Origin: Mantamonas sphyraenae STR306
Taxonomy: Eukaryota > Protista > CRuMs
Length of the DNA: 64,000 nt
Direction of reading: 5' to 3'
Assembly: GCA_026936335.1 (NCBI GenBank)
Contig: JAPMXV010000055.1
Location: 62,001-126,000, forward strand
A model generated the notes under the pieces. The model searched no databases, was not told where the DNA came from, and saw nothing but the letters and a program-made list of their open reading frames with translations. Made by a program: the position numbers and the translations under genes. The stretch's first letter is position 1. The number at the start of each line of letters is the position of its first letter. Below, in pieces: positions 13,295-24,946 of the stretch.

Positions 13295-15199
13295 ATGCAG
13301 CACCAGCTGCAGCTTCTAAGTGTCCTGGACACAGAGGAGGAGGAGGAGGATGAGGATGGAGGGTTCGAAGGGCACAATGCTTCGGAAGGCTCCTACACTG
13401 GGGTGGGCTGGAAGCGGGAGGCCGAAGGGGCACGTGGAGGTCGGGAACCAAGCGGGAAACGCAGCCGGCTGGATGAGGCGTTGGTAAAAACGTATTCCAG
13501 CTCTCTGGGAAGTATTCTCAGCAGTCAAGGTGGCAGTCAAGAGACGTTCAGCGGCCGTAGCATGTCCCTGGAGAGTGTGGGCGACCTGGAAGTAGATGCG
13601 GGGCGGTTGGTCGAACAAAGCGACGAAAACGACATCGACGGCCAAGTTCAAGAGGTGTTGGAAGACACCCGGTGCATTGTTATGATCGACATGGACTATT
13701 TCTACGCTCAGGTGGAGGTTGTGGCCAATCCGGAGCTGCGCGACAAGCCGGTGGCTGTGACGCAGAAATACCTGTTGGTGACGATGAACTACGTGGCGCG
13801 GAAGTACGGCCTCACCAAACTGATGGCCATCGACAAAGCGGTGAAGCTTTGTCCAGAGCTGGTGATGCTCAGTGGGGAGGATCTGACACGGTATAGAGAG
13901 ACAAGTTTCCGCGTCGTCTCTGTTCTCCACAAGCATGCCAACAGGGTGCATCGCGCATGCATGGACGAGATATTCGTGGATGTGACACAGCAAGTGGAAG
14001 AACGATGCGCTATGCTGACGGATAGTGCGCGAGCATCAATGGAATTCGAGGAGACACATGTGCACGACGGCACACACTCGCAGATGCTCAAAGAAGGTCC
14101 CAAAGCAAACACACGCCTTCTCCATCTCATTGTAGCCAGCCAGATTGCACGCGAGATGCGAGAGGCCGTGTACGAAGAGCTGGGCTTGACGTGCTCGGCC
14201 GGGATCGGCAACAACCGCTTGCTAGCCAAGATGGCCGCAAACTTGAACAAACCGAACAAACAGACGGTCATGTTGCCTGACGTGGCGCTGCGCTTCCTGC
14301 AGCCTCTCAAACTTCGGGAAGTGCCAGGCATCGGGCGGACGATGACGCGGACGCTGTTTGAGGAACTGGGTGCGGTGACAGTGAACGATCTGTGGCACTT
14401 TTCGTGCACCATCATCCAACAGGTGCTGGGTCAGCGTCTGGGCAGCCTTGTGCACGCGCTGGTGCGTGGCGTGGACCAGACCCCCGTAGATGACGCAGGT
14501 CCGCCGCGCTCGCTCAACATCGAGGACAGCAACGTGGGCATCACCAAGGTAGATCATATACAAAGACATCTGCACTGCATCAGCAAAGACTTGGTCAAGC
14601 GCATGTGGCAGGACTACGCGGCGCATCGGCGGCGTGGAACGACGCTAGCGCTGAAGCTGCGCACAGCCGGACAACGCCGCATATCGCGGCAGCAAAGGAT
14701 GCCAGATGAGGCAAACGACCTGCTATCCGAACAGCATGTACAGTTTGTGGACGACCGATTGTTTGATGTGGAGCAGGTGTCGTTGGGCAGCCCCGGGGTG
14801 GCTGCAGCTCATGCAGTCATTCAACAGCAGGTGAACGTCATCGAGACGGCTGCCATGGAGCTATTCGAGCACAACGTGGACGTGGACGACGACTTTTGCA
14901 TCACTCTGCTGGGCCTGTCGATCACAGGATTCGAAGACGACGACCTGCGGCGCAAAGGGCACGCGGGAGATGTACAGCAACAGCGGTCGCCTAGCGGCGG
15001 AGGGACGATTTTGGCCATGATGGAGGCCATGGAACGACACAGCCAGCAAAGCCAGGGCCGCGGAGCGAGCCAACGTCGCAGCAGCAGCAGCAGCAGCAGC
15101 AGCGTCGTCGCAACCACGCCAACAAAGGCAAGAGGCAGCCGACAGAGAGGGAAGCAAGAGAGCATCATGCGGTTCTTTGGAGGAGGAGGGGAAAGCTGA
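13295..15199 (+). CDS. POLI: Y-family translesion DNA polymerase, iota-like; start uncertain
   Basis: IDMDYFYAQVE, PVAVTQKYLLVTMNYVAR, GEDLTRYR, CMDEIFVD, GLTCSAGIGNNRLLAKMA..NKPNKQT, VPGIG HhH motif and C-terminal PIP-like QESIMRFF. Confidence 0.85.
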   Translation: MQHQLQLLSVLDTEEEEEDEDGGFEGHNASEGSYTGVGWKREAEGARGGREPSGKRSRLDEALVKTYSSSLGSILSSQGGSQETFSGRSMSLESVGDLEVDAGRLVEQSDENDIDGQVQEVLEDTRCIVMIDMDYFYAQVEVVANPELRDKPVAVTQKYLLVTMNYVARKYGLTKLMAIDKAVKLCPELVMLSGEDLTRYRETSFRVVSVLHKHANRVHRACMDEIFVDVTQQVEERCAMLTDSARASMEFEETHVHDGTHSQMLKEGPKANTRLLHLIVASQIAREMREAVYEELGLTCSAGIGNNRLLAKMAANLNKPNKQTVMLPDVALRFLQPLKLREVPGIGRTMTRTLFEELGAVTVNDLWHFSCTIIQQVLGQRLGSLVHALVRGVDQTPVDDAGPPRSLNIEDSNVGITKVDHIQRHLHCISKDLVKRMWQDYAAHRRRGTTLALKLRTAGQRRISRQQRMPDEANDLLSEQHVQFVDDRLFDVEQVSLGSPGVAAAHAVIQQQVNVIETAAMELFEHNVDVDDDFCITLLGLSITGFEDDDLRRKGHAGDVQQQRSPSGGGTILAMMEAMERHSQQSQGRGASQRRSSSSSSSSVVATTPTKARGSRQRGKQESIMRFFGGGGES

Positions 15200-15225
15200 T
15201 CTTCATCTGCGGGGCGACGACAGGA

Positions 15226-16802
15226 TCATTTCTTTGTGCGCAGGGCCTGCTGCACGACCACAGCAATGAGACTGCCTAGGGCATAGCCGATGCGGGCGAG
15301 CAGAGTTGGCGTGATCACAATGCCAAAGAGCTGGAAGCCGCGGTCCTGGGTCGAAAGGAAGGCCATCAGGTACTGCGAAAAGTGGTTTTGCTTGACCACG
15401 TACGACTCATTGTTGACACCGCCGCGGGGCGCACTGTCGTTGACTTCGCAAAGCAGGTCCTGGAGAGCAAACGAAACCTTGCTTGCGGACACGAGCATGA
15501 CGACGACGGGGATCTGGAAGAGGAAGCAAAAGACGGTGGCTCGCATGACCACCTGGTTGGGGCCGTTGAGGATGAGGTCGGCCAGGTTGAGGACGAGGGT
15601 GAGCAGGCCAACAAAGCTAATGAAGCTGATGAACCACTGGGTCAGGTAGGAGATGGTGCGCACGTGCGTCTTGATGGTCTGGTGGCGCTCAATGACCGAG
15701 TCGAGTTCCCAGTCGCCCCGCTTGACTGTACAGCGCAGAGCCTGAATCTCGATTCGCAACAAGGTACACAGTAGACTCACCATGCTTGTGGCCAGCGTCA
15801 GCGAGGTGAACTGAATCCAAAAGGCAAAGCCGGCGACGAAGGAGTCGCTGACCAGAAAGAAGAAGAGGCCGTTGCGTGCGTACTCCTCGTACAGAGGGTC
15901 GCCGATGCCAAAGAGCACGTTGACGAGCAGAAAGGTGAGCGCAAATGAGATGGGCAGGGTGCGAATGAAAGTGACGATGGTGCCCATTGTGCGGAGGAAG
16001 CTGCTGAGGAGTCCGTCGCACCAGACCACCGAGGACGCCAGCTGGTGCAACAGCTGCTTCTGCTTGAAGATGTGGTGGTTGAACAGGAGCGACGAGAGGT
16101 TCATGGTGCACAGAAGAATGCCGATGACGGAGCGACTGCGTGTGTGCACGTTTGTTGTGGCAACCTCGAGCCAGCCAGGCACCCAGCGTGGAAACTCGCT
16201 GCGCTGTCCAGAGAGGTCGAGCAAGAGCAGAATGCTCCAGCCGGTGATGGTAAACATGGAAATGATGACCACCAACGTCGGGTAGATCCACTTTTGCCAG
16301 GCGCCTTCTTTGGGGTGCGGTCCCGTTTCCAAGCCCAGCAGACGCAGCACCTGCACCAGGCGATTGTCTGAAAAAGGAAAGCGGAATGAAAACACGTCAC
16401 GACGCTGTGCCAGCGTTTCTTTCTGCGCGAGCGGGCCGGGACAAGGGTCAGGCGGCGAGTGGCCGGAAAGCGGAAGGAGCCTTTGGAGGCGAGGTTCGCG
16501 AGAGAAAAACTTGCCTCGTCCTCGTCTATTTCCGGATTGTAGCAGGCAACACGGCCAAACGAGTTGTTGAGGGAGGGTTCCGACGCGAGTTCAATCTCCA
16601 TGGAGCGGTCGCTGTCTGTTTCAGAGACGGCGCGCATGACGGCGGTGAGGGAATCGACAACACCTCCGGAGCCGTTCAGTCCTGACCTGTTGCGACGGCG
16701 TTCCGAGGCAAGCATCATGTGCATGTCGGCAACCATGTCGTCAGAGACCTCGAGGTTGGTCATGCGGTTGTACGTGTGCTCGTCCAACAAATTCTCGCGC
16801 AT
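15226..16802 (-). CDS. Gustatory-receptor-like / DUF3537-type seven-TM ion channel (7TMIC) candidate; exons 16802-16515 and 16422-15226
   Basis: About 7 hydrophobic helices, a cytosolic N-terminus without signal peptide, and the C-terminal signature GFQLFGIVITPTLLARIGYALGSLIAVVVQ resembling TM7 of the GR/OR/DUF3537 superfamily. A 92-nt GC-AG intron joins the two ORFs in phase 0. Confidence 0.65.
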
Positions 16803-18504
16803 GGCTGAAGGCGTGAGTAGCCGGGCGCGTTTCGAAGCCGAGCAAATGGAGCTGGAGGCGCAGGAGGCTCATGCAGAGGAGATGGCAGAGGAGTCATCCA
16901 GCAGCGGGGACGATGAATCCGGCGGTGACACAAGCAGAGGGCGCAAGGGAAGCCGGCAGAAGCGACGCAAAGCCAGGGACGAGTCGCCACAACGGACACA
17001 TTCGTCGGTGCTGCGTCTGCCAGACGTGAGGCCGATCGGCGGCCAAAGCAGCGAACCATTTGATGCCGATGCATACTTTGAAGGGATTCGGAGGCAGCAA
17101 ATGCAGGAGCAGCGACGAATGCTGCGGCGTGGGTCGCGTAAGCAACGCGATGAAACTCAGCGCAGTGGAGACGACCGTGCGGGGCGCACATTGCAAGGTG
17201 AAAGCAGTAGGAGAGACGGAGACACGGATGAAACGGGTGAACAGCAGTGGAGCAAGTTTGACGAGTTGTATGCGCAGGCAGAGGACATACGGCGGCACAA
17301 GGAAGAGGCAGCGGCACGAAAGGAGCAGGAACAGGGTGCGCACAGGCGCAAGCTGAAGAAGAAGGAACAGGAGTTTCTAAACAAGCGACTGCAGCGACAC
17401 GTGCCACGGAGAAAGCGAGAGAGCACGTTTGTGGCACTGGAAAAGTCGCTGCGCAAGTCACAGGCAAAGGACGAGGAAACACAAGAAGCAGAGGGTGGAT
17501 GGAACGACCTGACGCCGTTTGAGGTCAACTACGCAGAATACGACGCACTGAACGATCCGTACCTGTCGCCCGGAATGAAGAAGCGAATCGAAGAGCAACA
17601 AAAGCGGCTGGCAGCGGCTGAAGCGGCAAAGGGCCCTGCGTCGGACGGAGGAGTGAAGAGGAAGAACAAAAAGGCACAAAAGGGCTACGACAGTGAGTCG
17701 AGTTTGCCACGGATAGAGAAGCACGGAAAACGGAGGGCGCCAATGACACGGGAACAACGACGGGCTCGTGCGCGGTTACGGCAAAAGCGAGAAAACGTGC
17801 TGGCCAACCAGTTTAAGAGGCGGCTAAAGGGAGGGGAGCAGAAAGAAAGTGCAGAGCGGCTGATGCAACGGTCCAAAGAGGCGCAGCGGAGCGTGGAAGA
17901 GCGGCAGCGGGCAACGCGTGCTCAGCGGGAAGCGGAGAGGCAACAGCGGCTGGAAGCACAAAAGAAACGGGACGAGGCGGCTGCGCGTGCAAAGACACGC
18001 ACTGTGATTCAGGGACTGGTGGGCAAAGACGAGAATGTGCTGGCATCGCCGCGGGCATCGCCAAAATCCGCTGCGAATGAGTCGCGGGACCATGCCATGG
18101 CAGCCAAGGCGAAGGAAGACGAACAAGTCGCGGCATGGACAACCACAACGAATGATAAAGATGACAAGAAGAAGACGGGGAAAGAGGAGGCGAGAGTCAA
18201 GCAGACGGCAAAGGAAAGCCGGAACAAACGCACAGAGAAGGACTCGGCCGCCAAAGAGGAAAGAAAGCAGCAGGAGGAGAGGACAAAAACAGAGAAACGC
18301 AAGAATCAAGGACGAAGAACGGGACAAGCGAGTGCAGAGAGTGCGTATGGAGGAAAGAAGCGGACGCCAAGGAGTGGCAAGAAACGCGAGTTGAGCCAAG
18401 CAGAGAAGGAACAGGCAGAGCTGGATGCACTGGGACCCATTGCACGTGCTGCACGAGAGGCTGAGCTGAAGGCAGCTCGAGAGAAGGCGGCTCGAGAGAA
18501 ATAG
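16801..18504 (+). CDS. Hypothetical highly charged coiled-coil protein, possibly 3'-truncated by the adjacent duplication
   Basis: Long open frame rich in K/R/E/Q with no recognisable domain. The stop lies 25 nt before the duplicated segment. Confidence 0.6.
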   Translation: MAEGVSSRARFEAEQMELEAQEAHAEEMAEESSSSGDDESGGDTSRGRKGSRQKRRKARDESPQRTHSSVLRLPDVRPIGGQSSEPFDADAYFEGIRRQQMQEQRRMLRRGSRKQRDETQRSGDDRAGRTLQGESSRRDGDTDETGEQQWSKFDELYAQAEDIRRHKEEAAARKEQEQGAHRRKLKKKEQEFLNKRLQRHVPRRKRESTFVALEKSLRKSQAKDEETQEAEGGWNDLTPFEVNYAEYDALNDPYLSPGMKKRIEEQQKRLAAAEAAKGPASDGGVKRKNKKAQKGYDSESSLPRIEKHGKRRAPMTREQRRARARLRQKRENVLANQFKRRLKGGEQKESAERLMQRSKEAQRSVEERQRATRAQREAERQQRLEAQKKRDEAAARAKTRTVIQGLVGKDENVLASPRASPKSAANESRDHAMAAKAKEDEQVAAWTTTTNDKDDKKKTGKEEARVKQTAKESRNKRTEKDSAAKEERKQQEERTKTEKRKNQGRRTGQASAESAYGGKKRTPRSGKKRELSQAEKEQAELDALGPIARAAREAELKAAREKAAREK

Positions 18505-18529
18505 ATTCCCAAGAGTTTGCGCTTCCACA

Positions 18530-18675
18530 CGGACAAAGGTGAGCGGAACGAGCCAGCGGCATTGGTCCGTGCGGTGACTCGTGTGTCGCAACTGCGTGGG
18601 ATCTCCGAGGAAGATGTATGTCGCATCACAAGCGAGAACGCACGGCGGTTGTTCCGCCTGGCCAAGCGCGCATGA
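18530..18675 (+). pseudogene. Promoterless 3' fragment of the TatD gene carried in duplication A
   Basis: Translates DKGERNEPAALVRAVTRVSQLRGISEEDVCRITSENARRLFRLAKRA*, matching the end of the TatD gene at 29582-29727. Confidence 0.85.
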
Positions 18676-19086
18676 CGATTCAACGTTCCTGTGTGCCCCT
18701 GATGCCACACCCACTCTCCAGGTCGTGGCTACGCGTACACTGCCATGCCGCGGTCGCGTGGCGATGACCAACGCGGTGGAAACGCGGCGCGTGCCGCGTG
18801 ACGCGGCAGCACTACTTGAGGCGATGGGCGGCGCGCTGGAAGAAGCACCAAAACACAACCACAACCAACATGGTAGGTGCCACCGGCAGACACAGAGAGC
18901 AAGACACACAGAGAGTGTGTGCATGTGTGTGCATGAGATTGGACAAGAGGGAGCGGAGGAGGAGGAGGAGGATTGTGTGCAGGAGTGACCGTTTGGGAAT
19001 TTTCAGCGCGGCGAACGGGTTGTTTGCGCGTGTGGCAGGCGAGGGAGGGACGGATGAGATGGAAGAAGGGGAGAAAGAGAGACAGG

Positions 19087-20001
<915 letters not shown>

Positions 20002-20581
20002 ATGGACGGATCTGCCCGGAGAATGGGGCTGGAGAGCTGGACCAGGCGCGTGCATGCGGCGTGTGTGTTGAGGTCGGCTGGTTGACGTGGAGCTTTTGAC
20101 GAGCGCACGGCAATCAGACGGCTTGGCAGACACGGGCAAGTGGCGCAGGGTTTGAGCACAGTGCATGCGTGGACAAAAGCCGCACACGGAGACGTTTGGG
20201 GCACACACGAATGAACAAAACCAGCACTGCCACCATCATCGAACATTGTTGCACAGGGGTGTGAGAGGTTGCCAGTTGCGCGAGGGATGCCACGCCAACA
20301 AACACACGACACCCCACAAAGGCCAATGTCGTCATCGTCGTCATCGTCGTCGTGTCGCGGAGCCAACACGCAAACACGACCAAATCCAGAGCTTCACCGT
20401 ACTGTACCACACACCAAGATGCAAACTGGAATGGAAGGGAGATGGCAGAAACTCATGGGACTGCATTCGAAAGGGCTTTTGCACTTGTGGGTCTTGCGCT
20501 TGCTCGATTTCAAAGGCGAGCTCCTGCACTGGTCACGCAAAGTAGGACAGGTGTGAGAAAGCCGTAGGCACGGTAAGGTGC

Positions 20582-22512
20582 TTACTTCTTGCTCTTCTTG
20601 GCCTCCTTCTTGTTGACCGACTTGATCACACCGACGGCGACGGTCTGGCGCATATCGCGCACGGCGAAGCGACCCAGGGGCGGGTACTCGGTGAAAGCCT
20701 CCACGCACATGGGCTTGCTCGGGGTCAGGGTCACCATGGCGGCGTCGCCCTTCTTGACCGACTTGGGGAACTCCTCGAGAGCCTTGCCCGAACGGCGGTC
20801 GATCTTGGTCACGATCTCGGTGAACTTGCAGGCAACGTGGGCCGTGTGGCAATCCAGCACGGGCGCGTAGCCGTTGGAGATGGTACCCGGGTGGTTCATG
20901 ATGATCACCTGGGCGAAGAAGTCGGCGGCCTCGAGGGGCGGGTCGCGCTTGCTGTCACCAGCCACGTTACCACGGCGGATGTCCTTCACGCTCACGTTCT
21001 TGACGTTGAAGCCGACGTTGTCACCGGGGATGGCCTCCTCCAGCGACTGATGGTGCATCTCCACCGACTTGACTTCGGTGCTGATGCCAGCGGGGGCAAA
21101 GGTCACGACCATGCCGGGCTTGATGATACCAGTCTCGACACGGCCCACGGGAACAGTTCCGATGCCACCGATCTTGTACACATCCTGGAGCGGCAGACGC
21201 AGGGGCTTGTCCATCGGGCGCTTGGGCGGCTCGCAGGCATCCAGAGCCTCCAGGAGGGTGGGGCCCTTGTACCACTTCATGTTGTCTCCCGGGTCGATCA
21301 TGTTGTCGCCATGGAAACCAGAGATGGGCACAAACGGCACGTTGTCCGGGTTGTAGCCGATCTTCTTGATGACCTTGCTGATCTCCTTCTTGATCTCCTT
21401 GTAGCGCTTCTCCTTGTACTCGGCCAGATCCATCTTGTTGACACCGACAATGAGCTGACGCACACCCAGAGTGAAAGACAGCAGAGCGTGCTCGCGGGTC
21501 TGGCCCTCCTTGGAGATACCAGCCTCGAACTCACCCTGACCGGCAGCCACAATGAGGACGGCCAGATCAGCCTGAGAGGTACCGGTGATCATGTTCTTGA
21601 TGAAATCACGGTGACCCGGGGCGTCGATGATCGTGAAGTGGTACTTGCTGGTCTCGAACTTCCACAGGGCAATGTCGATGGTGATACCACGCTCGCGCTC
21701 AGCCTTGAGTTTGTCCAGCACCCAGGCGTACTTGAACGAGCCCTTGCCGATGTCGTTGGCCTCCTTCTCGAACTTCTCGATGGTACGCTTGTCGATACCG
21801 CCGCACTTGTAGATCAGGTGACCGGTGGTGGTCGACTTGCCGCTGTCCACGTGGCCAATCACAACGATGTTGACGTGAGTCTGAAAGCATCATACAGCAT
21901 GGGTGGGTGGTCGGGGTGTCGTTGTGTGTGAGTGTGTCATGCTGGTAATGTCGAAAAGAAGGGCGTCGGGAACGGGGAGAGTTCCGGAAACAAAAGGTCC
22001 GGCGTAGCCTTTCTTTTTCGCTGGACACGCTAAAAAATCCGCGGACCCAAATCCGGCCCCATGCGCATGTGAGGCACACATGCGCATACTCCACGCCCGG
22101 TTTGGGGTAGTGGCATGTGTTTTCCTCAATCAAGCGAGCATGTTTGCCATGCATGGCAGAGGACCAGGGGGCTAAGGAGAAAAAGGCTGCAAATTTTGCG
22201 CATGCAGCGCTTGCTCACGCGAGCTGCCGCCCGGGAACAGGCTTGGCAATTGCTTGAGGCTGATGGAACTGCACTGTACCGGTGGGCATTGAATGCCATT
22301 GGCGTATGATGCAGTCCACCAAGCCTCACATGCACTGTAGTCCGCGTGGGCGCTGCAAGCTGCATGCGTGCATGCAGCTTTTTGTTGCACCGCTCGCACC
22401 ACGTCCAGGAGAGCATGCAGAGGGCGGAAAACACATGCAAATGGTTGTACACATGTGTGCACATGTGCTGGTGTGTTTTGCTGGCTGTTGTACTCACCTT
22501 CTCCTTTCCCAT
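20582..22512 (-). CDS. EEF1A: Translation elongation factor 1-alpha; exons 22512-22498 (MGKEK) and 21880-20582
   Basis: [47 protein letters not shown] and [19 protein letters not shown] 617-nt GT-AG intron separates the exons. Confidence 0.98.
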
Positions 22513-22930
22513 TGTTGGTTGCTTTTTCTTTCTCTTTGGGGTGAATCCGCCAGCGCATCGGCCGCCCATTTGTCTTGACCGGCCGCTGGGCAAAGCGGGT
22601 AGTTTCACCTCACTTGCAATTTCGACGGATTCGCAGCCCAGAAGCACTTGTGATGACTCTCACACACGGGTGCGCCGTTTGGGCGTCCACAGATCGGGTG
22701 CGACTGCAGACGGGTGAGACGAGCCCGTGGCAGACACAACCGCACGACTGTTGAGCCAGATTGGCCCGTCTTCATCGCCGCGTACGCTCGATAAGCCACA
22801 CGCAAAGCTGAGTTTGCGTTTTGGAGGGACAGGGCACCCGATTCGTGGGAACTGCGCCCAGAGTCACTCCGCAACCGGGCAGGCACAACGTGCGCATCCG
22901 GTGCTGAGACCCACCAGGAATGATTTCAGG

Positions 22931-24903
22931 ATGGACGAGAACAAGTGCGAGTGTGATTGTCTTGTTGGATGTGGGTGGGCAATGCTGCGCAGGCAGAGCA
23001 AAGGAGTTGGAGCCGATGCGCCAGTACCCGCGACTGAGCACTACTCGGCCATCGTCAACAGGTGCATCGTCGTCTTCTCAGCAAGGAGGGAACGGCACGG
23101 CATCCACGATGTCGGGGGGGTTGAGCAGCGGGTTGTTGCGCACGACGTCGTTGCAACGGCCCAACTCTGCTTCCAATGTGCGCACGTCATCTCTTGGCGC
23201 ATCCAATACTCGTCACAGTGTTCGAGTGAGTGAGATTGTGCGGCGCGTGTGTGTGGCAGCAGCGTGAGATGCACCCAGTAGCGAGGCTAACGCTGTTTCT
23301 CCGCTGCGCGCCAACGATGGCCGCGCCGCACCCGCAGGATGGCTCGGTGGGCACAAGTACATCCCGTTACACGTCAAAACGGCCATCGACAGCAAGTGCG
23401 TCGCGCTTGGACAGCGAGTGGCGCTCTGAACAGGTCCAGAATAGTGGAGTGCGACCGTACAGCTCCAGCGGAGGCAGGACGAGCAGCAACCGGCGCAGCA
23501 GCAGCAGCAGCAGCAGCAGCAGCACAGGAACAGCCGGCCAGAGTGGGTCACAAGGAAAGATGAACAGCCGGCACGGGAGTGGGACGAGTGTTGGAAGCAG
23601 GGACAAGGGAGGAGGCGGCGGTGAGGAGGATGTGATCCTTGTGATTCGACGGACGGAAGAGGCGCGCAACGAGAACCCGGAGCGACTGAATCTGAATCGG
23701 AGGAAGCTGAGACACTGTCCAATCCTGCAAGGGGAGGAGCAGTTGAAGCTACTGAATTTGCAGAACAACGCCATCGGAGGAATCGACAACCTGTACAATT
23801 TGCCCAACTTGATCTTCCTGGATTTGTACAACAACGCTATCGAGGCAATTGTGAACCTGGACCAGGTGCCACTGTTGCGTGTGCTCATGCTTGGCAAAAA
23901 CAAAATTGCACGTATCCAGAATCTGGATGTGCACACAAAGCTGGACGTGCTGGACCTGCATGGCAACAAGATCGAACGCATCGAAAACCTGGCCCATTTG
24001 GTGAACTTACGTGTGCTCAACCTGGCAGGCAACCAGATTGAGACGGTGGAAAACGTGCAGGGGCTGGAGAGCCTGACCGAGTTCAACCTGCGTCGCAACG
24101 CGCTGTCTTCTGTGCGTGAGCTTGATACGCTGCCGTCGTTGCAGCGAGTCTTTCTGTCCAACAACCACCTTGAGCATTGGCGAGAGTTTGCATGCTTGGC
24201 TGAGGTGCCTCGCCTGGCCGAGTTGTCCATGGACGGCAACCCGTTCTGCGACAATACCGACCATTACCGTGTGTCGCTGCTGCGCCACATGCCCTTTCTG
24301 CGCCACCTGGACATGGCTCGGGTCAGCGACGACGAGCGCGAATTGGCCAAGCAGAGCGCACAAACGCTCCGCAACGTGGACGCCCAGTTTGAAGAGCTCG
24401 CACGTGCAGGGAGCAACACACGCACAACCAGCAGCACTTTGTCGTCGCGACGCTTCAACGCCGATGACGTGTTTGACGACACAGGACACGAGGCAGACGA
24501 CGAAGGTGCAAACGAGGACGACCGTCGGTCCATCAGCAGCGGGGAGGAGCATGTCAATGGCGATGAGAGCGATGCCGACGACGGTGACGAGGCCCTGAGC
24601 GAGCACGGCAGTGAACGGGACAGCTCTCCGGCATCGTCGCAAGCGTCTGGCATGGAGGAAGAGGAGGACGATGGCACAACGCAGAGGGGTGCACCTGCTG
24701 GCATGCGTAGGGCGCCGTCAAGCGATCATGTGGTGTGGGAGGACCACAATTCACCTGCAGTCAAGCACGCGGTCGGCAGCAGCAACACCACCAGCACCAA
24801 AAGCAGCACAGGTGGATACAGACGCAAGAGTAGTGTGCAGACGCATGCGCCGATGCAAAGCCAGGGGCAGATGCAGATGCAGATGCACAACAACGGGGTG
24901 GAT

Positions 24904-24946
<43 letters not shown>

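Noticed and set aside
20837-21931. 364-aa plus-strand ORF and similar long antisense ORFs (4205-5929, 28049-29830, 34628-36538, 62336-63577)
   Set aside because: Shadow frames of real genes produced by high GC and codon bias; no independent motifs.
22650-22812. GTGATGA..CTGA upstream of EF-1alpha as a C/D RNA
   Set aside because: Boxes are ~160 nt apart with no terminal stem or compositional contrast; expected by chance.
24905-24945. CAG/GAC/GTTGTG microsatellites (also 23496, 47295, 47695, 47776, 48017) as CRISPR-like or regulatory arrays
   Set aside because: Simple in-frame coding repeats giving poly-Q/S/D/T tracts; no spacers.
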